DNA of 64,000 nt from Fimbriosthenelais zetlandica (Eukaryota). Each line of letters begins with the position of its first letter. Position 1 is the first letter of the stretch. Below the pieces are notes generated by a model that worked only from the letters and a program-made list of their open reading frames with translations, made no database searches and had not been told where the DNA came from. Positions 37,826-49,500 of the stretch are shown piece after piece. The stretch lies in NCBI GenBank assembly GCA_977030845.1, contig OZ365113.1, positions 19,840,001 to 19,904,000 of the forward strand. The letters are read 5' to 3'. Made by a program: the position numbers and the translations under genes.

Positions 37826-37906
37826 GACAGGAAGTAGCGGACCTCCCGTGAGTTTGCGCATGCGCCCAGCAGTGCGACGTCACTGTCTGCTGATAGGATG
37901 GCCGCT
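37826..37906. promoter_or_regulatory. CpG-rich housekeeping-promoter-like motif cluster
   Basis: ETS-type ACAGGAAGT (37827-37835), perfect NRF1 TGCGCATGCGC (37855-37865), CRE-like CGACGTCA (37875-37882), YY1-like GGATGGCCGC (37896-37905) within 80 bp. Confidence 0.5.
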
Positions 37907-40699
37907 GAGGAATAGCACCAACACAATGTACATTATCGCTGAAATATGGACAGTCCATTACTGGGCCCTGACCTCAGCTATTATAGCCATAAATCATGTA
38001 AGACCATGGCCTTGTATGGTCCATTTTCATATCAACGACAGTCCGTATGTCCGTCCCGGAGTGGCTACACTACAAAGTGTTTCCTTTTAGTGCTTTGCTC
38101 GATGTGATGAAGTGTGGTCGATTCCACCGTGTATGATGTATCTAGATTATTTAACTTGTGGGTATTGGACAGAGATTTGTCTGTTTGCTCGTGGTCTTGG
38201 GATGTGCCCAGATGGTTTGCAACAGAACCTCTCGCCTATATAGATAGAGGCCTGTGAAGGTATAGTGGATGGAGCTGCTCAAAAGCTCTTTGCATTAGCT
38301 CAGCTTTCAACGTGACTGAGCAGGTTTTATTATTAGCTTCATTCAAGGTGTGTCTCAGAGAGGAATTGCTCAGAGCTGCTCCTTCTATTCCCTCCTGCTA
38401 ATAAATATCGGATGATAGATCAAATAGGTAGCGGAATTAAGTCTTATTGCCAAATAGAAATAGAACATTGTCCTTCTTGAGGATCCGATGACGATCCTGA
38501 CCACAATAATGGAGACTCTTCGATGGAATAATGGAAGATTCCATTTTATGAAGAAAAGTAAATTGCTTCGTATCGATGCTTGGAAATGCCATGAATATTT
38601 CATTGCCTTTTCAGGTGACTTAGTTCTAAGCCGTGCCCTGTTAAAAGGCCTCGTTTAGTGCTCTCTTCCCTAGCCCCACTAGCCCTGCTTTTACGCAGAC
38701 GATTCATGCAAGCCATACGTAAGGGAATATCCGAAGCTTTTCAGAACAAATCAAATAAACACAAATGGTAATTGAAAATTCCCACAGAACATGCAACACC
38801 TTGGCATGCTCGCTACCTGGGACCGTCCCGTTTGCCCATGCATCATTTAAGGGCCATTATGTGAGGCAGAAGCTATCATTAGATTTGTACTCATTACCAT
38901 AAAGCTGTTGTTAACTGGAAACATGGAATCCCAGTCTATATTGAACAGGATTATGCTGGGGCTATTTCGTATTCATAAGGTTGGTGTGATGATATTAGCC
39001 TGTGAAAGGTACCATATTTCTGCAAAGCATCTGCAACGTCAAAGTGACTTTTTCCACAATGTTCATCAATGACGGTGGGTCAAAAGATATATTTTTCGTT
39101 CACGTATATGGCCAAGAATTTCCCTATGGTTGGGATACAAAGTACATTTATATTTTCATCCCATTTTCGCTTTGAAAGTACTTATGTTAACTTTAAAATG
39201 CCATGGGACCCACCGGTGAAATTAGGCCATGCATTTGGATGGAGCTGTGGATGTTTAATTCCACATTGGTATTTGCTTTACTCAAACATGCATGCAGTTG
39301 GCATTTTTTCCCACTCCATCCCATTTCAGAGGGGACCATGGAGGTCTCTGCGGAAGGTGTAATGAAGGGAAACTGGCTCAGGCGGTTCTGATCTGACCTT
39401 TACCAAGCCATAAACGGATTGACATTTGTGATGATGTGGATAAAGGACTGGGATCATGCCTTAACCCGAAATAGATGGGAGATAAAATATTGCCGGATTT
39501 ATGCCCACTCTATTATCTTTGGTGCCACTTAGTTACATGGAAAAGTCAGAGTTCTTGTCCTCATTAATACAGTATATTTCAGGAATGGGACTGACGGATA
39601 TATATAATGAACTCTGGGGCCTCTTCTTCATATACGTATGTCCAACCTTAGAGTAAATTGAACTCTAAGGTCCTATAGAGCCTTTCTTTGATAGAAAGTT
39701 TTGTCCCTACATATCTCTGGTTGAGGGTTCCTTAGTATAATTGTCATGTCACAATTACAAAAGACATGACCCTCATTTGTGAGTTTAAGAATGCCCTTTT
39801 CCCTGCCCACTATTGAGTATTCCTTTTCTGTCTACAAGAAAATTAACCAAAAAGATGCCCGTTGCATGTCTCCCTCTATTTTGGAGTATTTATCTTTCTT
39901 TGTCTGATGTCTAATACTATTGTCACCCTCAGACATGCCCTGTCCTTCACTTCTGCCATGTCCGAAGGACAAACCTTTTATATCTGATATAGATTGCAGG
40001 CAAGGTGGCCGTAGGGCTTGAAGTAGACCCTATACGCAAATACATAAACACCAGGGCATTACACTTCAAAGGTACTTGAGTCACAGTGGAGTGCAAGGTC
40101 AGAGAAGCTCATATCATATTGAGCTGCTCTATATAAATAATTCCTGGCTTGTCAGTAGGGCCAGTCGAGCATTATGATGAATGTGTGGAGACAACATTCA
40201 GTTTCACACAGACTGTGAACTTAGATCACCCACATTATAGGTATGTAGGTTCAAGGCCTGTCTGATTACTTGGAATTGGGTTGGTATTGCATTTGAATCA
40301 GTTTGGAGTATTGGGTATTAACTATTGATTAACAAAGGTATGATAGGGAAACGTAACAATGCTTGCATATATGTTTTATATAATTTTCTGACTGAATAAT
40401 AATATACTGAGCCTTTAAACTGATGGTGTATCTACTTGGACTTCATGCTACATTTATGCTACATCACAGGCTTCTTCTACACAGCCAGTGGAGCACTGCT
40501 CTGAACTCAGGTCCATTAGAGACTACGTGTGAATTCCTGCCACACCTTTAGCCTGGGTGGGGCCTGTATCATGGATAGCTGGCTTTTGAAGTGTTCCTCA
40601 GTGAGGAGCCTCTCCATCCTCATCCCTCTACCGTGGAGGAAACCTCTGCCTCCTCCAGGGTCACAGAGGGCAGCTTTAATCAAGGTTCATGGCCCTGAC

Positions 40700-41030
40700 C
40701 TCTGATCCTCCCATCCCTCCTTTCCTACACCTCCAGGCCCCGGGCTCCATGGATTCAGTGACATTTACATCACCAACCATTTGTGTCCTTCCAGCCTTTT
40801 ATTATTCGCTTGCACTACACCCTTCTACTCATATTTTCGTCCCTGTCTCACTTCCAGATATCCATTCATCCTGTCATCCCACCATCCATCCGTCCTTCCT
40901 TCCACACATTTATGTCTGTCTCCGCTCATTGCCACTTTTCTTCTCATTCTCTCTGTGCCAAGCTAAACCCATATCCTTGCACCTTTCCCTCTATCCCAGC
41001 AACTTTCATCATCTTCCTCCTCCTCCTCTT
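40700..41030. repeat. Pyrimidine-rich low-complexity tract (degenerate CCAT/CCT repeats)
   Basis: e.g. tatccattcatcctgtcatcccaccatccatccgtccttccttcc; almost no G on +, which explains the overlapping stop-free ORFs here. Confidence 0.75.
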
Positions 41031-43436
41031 TGATAACCTTAATACAAGAGCAGATAATAGAATATTACATTATTCACTGAAACAGAAGATAGGTCCCACT
41101 CACACAATGACAACCTCGACAACAGCAATGATCTATAATCCTTGCCAACTTTTGTTCAAGGCAGTTCATTGGGAGGACTCATACACTGAAGATAATGGTA
41201 TCCTTTCGAAACGTGTTGTGGCAAAGATTATAGGTGGTATACACCCACAAAGCCCATGATCACAGAGAACATAATAAGGCCATATGAGAACAAATTGACA
41301 TACAATATCCCCTCGAGAATGTGAATATGGACCAGGAGAGGGGGTTCCTTTCACCCTACAGCCTCAGGGGTACAACCAAAGAAGCTGACGGCACCAAGAA
41401 TAATGACTGACAGAAATGCTAGAAAGAATGTTGGGGTAGGGAAGCGCTCAGCCCTAACATCTGGGCCCAAGTCATGGGAAGGAAGCATGCCGGAACTGCA
41501 AGGTTTTAGCCACCAAGATCTGTCTCAGAAATTACCCTGTTCGTTCATATAAGAAAAGCTAGGTTACAGACCTGCTCCATAAAATCGCAAGTTATTACAG
41601 AAAAACATCGTGATCTAGAGTTAAGGCACAGTGGAAAAGACTATATGTCTCGACATGACATGTGGTTTGAGTTGCTCATATCTGCTCAGCAGTATGTAGA
41701 TTAGCTCACTATGGGGCACCTATTTGAAACTAGGCAGTCCCTCACCCCATAGGCTTGAGTATTGAATGATTTGCTCTGAAGGTTTACTTAACTGTGATTG
41801 GGAGTGGCCCCTGATTAGAGGTCAGCCTGGTACATCACCAAATCCCCCAGCAATTTGTCTTGGACGATTTAAGGTCAAAAAGGCGTGCTATTTATTCAAT
41901 ATTACACTGGGACTTTTTATCATGGCTCCTGTTATTGCCCTAAGCTGAATTTCTCAGTCACACATACGGAAACAATCATACACTCTCATAGTCGCCTCTG
42001 GAATGAAGAAATATTTTCTTTTCTTTGACTGTCTATATAATAGCACCATATCTGCATGAAAGGTTCCGTCGCTATACTTCTCACATACACTTTGAAGCTG
42101 ATTCCTCGTGACAGTCAAGTACATGAGTAAATGCATTATTTACGAGTGAACAAGGTGACATAAATTGTTATGGATAATAGATGTGTGTTTTGTGTGTGTA
42201 GTAGAGAACTGTCAATGTAATGTACGTTGACAACCTCACACATTGAGGCGCTGACAAGCGTCAGTCACACTTTAACGCTGCTCAATATAAAACCATTCAC
42301 TTACACTCGGTGCCATCATGGAAAAAAACATAAATGTCGATGGGGAAAAGTAACATCTTCAGTCACGAGTTCTTTGTGTGAAAGTTATGATAGCTAAATT
42401 GATTTTGAGAGTGGATTCAGCTCCGAAAGCGGCACACCCTCCCAAAAGTTTTATCAGAATACATGATTTTATTACAACTCTGAACACAGCTTTGACACTA
42501 CAAAATGAAACATAATAAAGTTGTCTTTTGACCTATGTTTAGTTTCCCAAGGGACGAAGGGAATATATGCACTGTAAAGCAATGGAAGTGTATCTTCCGC
42601 AAATTTTTACCCTTACCCCTACCCCTGATGTTGCAGGTATAGCTCCATGCAACTCTGACTACCAGTATCTACTGTATGTAGTAGAGAGTAACTCTATGAT
42701 GGTGAGAGCTCATGATGGTGTTACCTGTGAGGTGTAGAGTGTTGTAGACCTGTATATGAAGCCTGGGATGGAGGGTAGTACCAGGTAGAACTAGCCTCCT
42801 GTGCCTATCTTATCACCATGTGCTTCTGTTATGATCCGCTCTGCTGGTACACTTTATCCAACACTCTCTCACGAGTGACTCTGGTGCTCTCACTCGGTTA
42901 TTGTTGTCTACCTTTATCCTATATGTACCTGCCCTGCTTCTGTTCAGACTGGTGAGCTCACTTTGCCGAGCTGGTGGTAAATCTGTCGTCTGCTCCGAAG
43001 ATGATGAGTTGATTGGTGCTTGGGTGGTGCAGGGATGAAGTGAAGCGCTCACACCTCCCCCTATACATCGAGCCATTCGATATAGTTTCTAGCTCACTCT
43101 CTCCCTCTCAGCAGTCCCACGTCCCAAACACCCACTCATACACACCCGGTTCTCACCATGCCAGGAACATTAGCTCTCCAACTCCTGTTCTTCCACACTC
43201 CACTATTATCACTAAAGTCCATATCACATTAGGCTGACTTTCATTATGACCACCTGGTTGCTTGCACTGAAAAATTGAAATATAACCTAGTATGTTTAAT
43301 CGTCAGTTTAATGCTAGGGGAAACTTAAGGTATCTAATGAAATAGAAACAGTTGGATATCTGCATTGGAATCTGTTGGTCGCCTGGAAAAACCACATTAG
43401 TTCAGCCCTGCCTGAGCCCAGGGAAGCTCGGTAGTC

Positions 43437-43450
43437 CTGCCACCTGGTAG
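43437..43450 (-). promoter_or_regulatory. CTCF-like site
   Basis: - strand CTACCAGGTGGCAG, one mismatch to the core CCASYAGRKGGCRS. Confidence 0.4.
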
Positions 43451-45048
43451 TGCGGGAAAGAACTCGCTAGGAGAAGAAAGGGAGAAGACTTTTTTCTACA
43501 TCCTCTCTGTTGTTCCTGTCGTTTTTGATACCAGAAAGAGCAGTTGTGGGAGTGACTCGCGACCTTGACCCTCATGACTCAGAAAATATCCGGAGCAAGA
43601 AAGAGCACCTCACATTGTGTATTGGATATTATCTGGAGCTCAGAAAGGCATAGAATTACTCACTTGAAAAATAGGATAGGGAATGTGATAGGAATTGTTA
43701 GATCAGTTAAATGTTGTATAAATCTAGGTCTATCACAGACATCATTACGATCTGCAGTTTTAGGGATCGCATTTAGATTATCATGGTAAAAATCTTACAT
43801 AAACCAAATCTTTCTTGGCATTTGGAATCCTGACGCTAAGGCAAGAAAGGGATAAAATCTCGTAAGAGATAGGATCAAATATCATGCCATGAGATTGAAA
43901 ACATATGAACCAGATGGCCGACTGGGAAGAACCATCTTTTTTCCTAATGGAACATTCGCAGTTCCGCAAAATAGGAAGGAATAGTCATGACCATCATGGA
44001 GATTTCTAGGTTATTAGGCTAGCGAGTTATAAACAAGAATCTCATACATTTCTCATTATAAAACCTCTCTTATGTTCAGCAAATAATAAACCCGCCCAGA
44101 GTTTTTTTCTCTGCCATTATATCTGAAGAGTACACATTGCCCTCTTTGTTTTCCCCAGTTGGTTTATGCTCAGAGGCAAACACTTTGTGTTTATGCAAGC
44201 TGTTCTGATGTAGCCATGTAAATAATAAGATCTATTTTATTGTAGAAGAGATCCATGGAGGTTTTTAGGAAAGAGCTGGTAAAAATGTATGAGTAAATAT
44301 CTAGATCTGACATGATCATTTAGATATTTCTGTATTTTGTGTAGACTGTTAATTATGTATTGGATGATCATCCATTATTTCTTTCGATTCTTGCCCAACA
44401 AAGGCCTGTGCTGCAGTTTTCGTCTTTCCAGTGTTTTGATGTGAAAGAAATATTGATTGCTCACGTTACGGTTGGTCTTAACTCTTCTGCACCCACCATC
44501 GATCTCTACTTCCTTTCCAAGCTTTTGTGAGCCGAACTTGAATCGAACAGTTCGGCGCGATTGTTGAATACGTAGTCCTGTTAAAGAGGTCTCCAGGTTG
44601 GCATTGAAGATGAGACCATGGGCTCACCTTATGCAAAATACATTAGGCTTGTCTTCAAACCTCAATCCACTGCTACGATGTGTACCATGCGATACGGTGC
44701 CATATTGTATCGCACTAAAACGTACCAGTGGAGTCTGATCTTTATAGAAACAATGGCGATGCCTAGCTATATATGACATCTAGTTATTTTCTTCATTGAA
44801 GCAAATGCTGGCCCACACCATAACTTTCCAAGGCCAAGGCCACTTTTCATATGTTGAATGAAAGACAAGACAAAGAATGGATACTGATTGCTTGACGAGA
44901 AACAGTCCCTTCTCCTCAATTACATACCGCACAGAAAATCATAATCCAGCCCCGATATGATGAGGTATGGGCATTTGGGAGTATTGTTTGCGTTGGATTG
45001 GGACTCTCATTTGTCCATGTCATATTGAACATTTCAGTTTTGATTCCC

Positions 45049-45153
45049 GTGTTTAAAGTTGGGATGTATATGTGTACCAAACAAGGCCAATGACTGACTT
45101 GTCCAAACTTCAATGATTGATTTATTATTCAATATAATATGAAAGTGGTAATG
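45049..45153 (+). repeat. Dispersed ~100-bp direct repeat, copy A
   Basis: Aligns by eye with 46499-46594 (shared gtgtttaaa..., caaacaaggccaatg, tgactt, aaacttca.tgat, tggtaatg); roughly 70% identity. Confidence 0.8.
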
Positions 45154-45645
45154 CACAGATTATAAATGATGTGTCCAAACAGGAGAACTTTCACATGCTT
45201 ACTTACAAAGCTTGATCCCTTGATAAATATTTGCCAAAGTATAGGGAATCGATATGGAACTGTGGAGGGGAGGAGGTTGAGGAGGGGGCAGCGCTTGAGA
45301 GAGCATGTGAGAAATAGCCTGTGCTCTTTTGTCACCTCTCCTCGTTTGATCTGGCGTGAGGATGTTGTCTCATCGCCTGATCTTACGTTCACATTGTTTC
45401 CGCTCTGTGTCGTCTATAGATCCGGATCGGTTGCCGGTGAAAGAGACACGGCATAACATGGATATATTGATTGATGTTCAGTTCATGACACGTTCATTGT
45501 GGGTTTGTGAGGTGAGAGTGTCTCTGTCACGGACCGTTCCTCTTGAACTTGGGTGATGATTAATTGTTCAGGAGTAAGGCCTACTACATGAAAACTTGAT
45601 ACGGCGTGTCCTTATAATGACCTCAACAGATGGGCACATAACCCA

Positions 45646-45752
45646 CCATAAAGCTTCACTTTAACTAGCTTTTGTTGGGGGTAGAGTCTGTCCCAACTAT
45701 GAGTTCAGACTGAGCTTTATTTCATTTTAGCGAAACATGTGAAGCTTTATGG
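45646..45752. repeat. 14-bp perfect inverted repeat with 79-bp spacer
   Basis: CCATAAAGCTTCAC (45646-45659) / GTGAAGCTTTATGG (45739-45752); inner GTTGGG...CCCAAC stem. Confidence 0.75.
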
Positions 45753-46498
45753 GTGAAATGGGTGAAAGAAAATCTTATAAAGTCAAAAAATTAAAGCGGT
45801 GACATGTATGTATGCAATGACTGTCTGAGAATAATCTATTATTAGATCTGATGGGTTCCATCCTGCAGTGTTACAATCCCTCATGCTTTTCCTCATTTAG
45901 AAAATGCTTCATTCAGAATGACGGACCGCCCGCCTCTTCTGTGGGTTCTTTTTTTTCTGCATGCCACTTGTCGGCTTATGACATGGCATTGAGCTGCTCA
46001 ATCTTTACAGAGAGGTTTTGTCAGGAAGAGCTGCTCCTTCATGGCTCCACAGACCGATTTACCAGCCATCACCCATTCTCCAAGTGGAGCAGTTGGACTA
46101 GATTTGCCCATGTCTTCTAGGCATCTTTTCTATAAAAGCGAAATTATGCTAGACCAGTAGCAATTCCAGGGACCATATTGATGGTTGCTTTTGGGTGTTA
46201 AAAGCATTGCAATCTAATAGTTTCTTTTGACATATTGTATGTAAAAGTAGCAGAACATGATGACTTTGACAAGTCAAGAGAGTTGGGCAGACACCTCAGT
46301 ACTGAGCTCCACCCTTCCTCCCCTGGCTGGAATCAAACAGAAAAACACACAACAAAATCATTTATCTCTCTTAAATGATTTTCTTGGAATGTATTCCCGA
46401 TTTTATTACGTTTAATGCCATTTAAAAGTGTCTTGGCTTTTTTTGCTGCGTCAAAAGGAATTCCTGCTCCCATAGGCATTTGAAAACCTTTAATGCTG

Positions 46499-46594
46499 GT
46501 GTTTAAAACTGGGGTTTATATATCAAACAAGGCCAATGGTTGACTTCGTCTAAACTTCAGTGATGAATTTATAATGCAACATTTCATGGTAATG
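46499..46594 (+). repeat. Dispersed ~100-bp direct repeat, copy B
   Basis: See 45049-45153. Confidence 0.8.
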
Positions 46595-49500
46595 ACTTGG
46601 ATGTCTTTGTTTTAGGCAACCCTTAACATGGCAGCCTCATTCGTTAGGACCTTTACAAGGTCTTTCTCATAAACAATGCTTGGTGTCGTATTTTAAGCTT
46701 TTAATTTGAATTTCAAATGGAAGGCATATTTGTGGCTCAGTTTTTGCTTGCTTTTAATGTGTCAATACATCAATAGTGGAGGAGGGGTCCGCGTGTTGAT
46801 CACATTTTTCGTATTGATCCCCGTCTCCCTTTACATCTATTACCATGATATCCTCCTCGTTGGTCTGTCTTGACAGAAAATTACTCGATGAGCTTTATAA
46901 TTTTACAGAAAATGTGAAAGTAGTCCTAAAATATTAAAAATATAATATCACTGACACTTAGGGTTACTTTAAAAATTGATTTTTTATTTGGTCACATTTC
47001 GTTGGTTAAGTTTGACATGATTTGCTGAATTAAGTATAATAAGGGAGGCCTTCAGCTTTTGCCGAGTGAGGCAGGCATTACATTTCTACTGCCTATACTT
47101 GGGCAAACAGATAATAATCTTGGATTACTCCTTTAAAGTGCTGAATCACACACTCTGAGAGATTATAGGGACCATGGGATTCAGCTAGCAGCACATGACA
47201 AGGGATCCTTACCCTTTTATCATTGAATTGTGAGCTGTATAAATTATATATAATACAGATCTGAGTATGTATACTCAGAAGCTGCCACTCTCATGGGATT
47301 CCTTAATGATGAAATTCTACTAAAGGTTCATCCTATGGTGTCTGTGTACACGTGTAATATGACCTATGATTGTCGTGTACGTCTAACATCATATCTCCAG
47401 TCAGTACACACCATATCCTTTATTCTCTTACCATTTCTTGTAGTTTTTTTCTCCTCACAGTTGTGTGCTCAAGTACCTGTCTATTTCGTTATTTGTTCCC
47501 TTTTTGAGGTCGGAATATCGAGTTTCAGTGTAGGCCTATTCGTATGGTAAGAGGATTAATCACATTTTCTGTCATGCAGAAACGGGTATTTCCTCCCATT
47601 CTTGGTAGATTTACGCGCGTATTTCTACGCCTTCTCTTATTTGTTGTTTGCTCCCACCCACTGATTCTAACACAGAATTCTAAACATACCTGTAAACGGC
47701 AGACCTTATTGACATACTCGGCTAAACTAATTTCATTTTTCAGACCCGAATGTGTACATTCATAAATTTTAGAGAACGTGAAAAGCGTTCCTAAATAAAA
47801 GCTCCTTTGTAAAACTATTTATTTTCCATTTTCCTCCGATTCTATTCCATACAGTATGGACATTTGATGCTTATTTTATGGAAAAAATCTTTAACAAAAA
47901 TGAAAAAGCAACATGAGAACGAATTGCTTGGGTGCACCTGTTGGTGAGGATGTAAAGAACTTACATTTTAATCATTTCATTGAATACAGTGAAATGTAAA
48001 ACATGACAAGCGGAGGAACTGGGAGCAGGAATTATTTCGTACAAGGAACAGGTGTTCACTGAGGATAATTAGGGGGAATACATATCCATTTTCAGAATTT
48101 TTCCGGTTTATATTTACTTTTCTCTCAATGAAAGCAGTAGATCTTGGCAGATATAATATGTGAGTTGTTCACATCTAACTGCTTGGTTGATCAACAATGA
48201 AAGGAGTCCTCTAAACACTTGGTTATGCCAATTTAAACGGGAATTTAAAAAGAGTCGAACAAAATAGATATATCTATCTCACTTTGAAGACATCCGGGAA
48301 AACTTTCTCCTCTGTTCAGCTAGTGGGAAAAAGGAGCACGTTATTTTAAGTTGCCATTATATAATGAGTTTGTATTCACGTAATCTAATGCCATTTAGTC
48401 AATAACGTGTCTTGTTTTTGGATGAAATGAAAATCTCATTGTCTTGAAATGTTCAGGACAATGCAATTTCAGACCCTCATGGCCTTTCAGTCGTGAAAAT
48501 AAAAAATTGTTTCCCAATGAATTATCCAGGTGAAAATCCTGTGCGTTGGTCGTACCCTTATTTAAAAATCCATCCATTTGGGAATAATAAAGTTGGAGTA
48601 AAGAAATAAAAAAAACTGCAGTAAGAATGGCCAGTATTGAATCATCATAACGACCATACATGATTGAATTGGTGCACGGATAATAATGCCAACACTGTAA
48701 CCTGGCGATGGCTTCAATGAGATTACCTCAAATCCTATTAAGTCCCATTATGGATTTTGGATCTTGTCAAATATTTTTTAAGTCGAAGCTTCCCTTGCGT
48801 GCAGGCTGGCTTTTTCCTGTGCCTCATTCACCATGAATCACCGATAGGTGTGTATTATGACAATATTTTATTGTGATAATTGTGTAAGAAATGAATATTG
48901 TCTGGTCCGACATGTTTCTGCTTCCTGTGCATCAGATGTAAATAAGACCTTATGTTCTTACGGATCACTTCAAAATCGGTATTTACCATTTTCATTATCA
49001 TTTAAAATGTCTTTTCATTAACATTTAAAAATGCCAGGCAGAAGATGGCTTGTATTTAGTGAAGGGGATAATAGTTACCTGCAGTGACAATTAAATCTGC
49101 AGCCATCGTTTTGCTGGCTGCTCCCGTATTCATGTCTCTGGGTCATAAACGCTAAATATTACCCTGCAGTTAATATGCAACATGTTGCCGTGTCCAGATA
49201 GTTTAATGCAATGCGTGGAAGGCAGATTGTGTAATTCCATCGGTAGAGAAGAACATTAAGCATGCATGGAGTTCCTCCCTGGGGTATTCATCAATTTAGC
49301 TGGACCTTGTTTTTCCCTCCCATCAGCCATGATTACTGGCGATTTTTATCGCCTGTCCGTGATTAAAATGACTGTTTTAGACTGTCCTGGGACGATGATT
49401 AATTCATGAAAGCCAAATACTTATTAGTCAGCTCCATTATTGTGTTGATGGAAGCAAATTACAAATTCACCTGCAACCGTAAAAAGGTGAGCTCATTTAT

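Noticed and set aside
38692-38703. YADD tetrapeptide (LINE RT catalytic motif)
   Set aside because: No PQG..LSP.LF motif at the correct distance upstream and no YLG downstream; probably chance.
40689-41259. 114-aa and 158-aa overlapping ORFs
   Set aside because: They arise from a pyrimidine-rich low-complexity tract lacking stops; no homology.
43913-43939. DGRLGRTIF resembling GT11 motif I (second FUT relic)
   Set aside because: No HVRRGD, SDD or other GT11 motif nearby; surrounded by stops.
47461-47545. Plus-strand exon-like segment with phase-compatible start
   Set aside because: In-frame TAG when spliced to BRD7 exon 6; no similarity.
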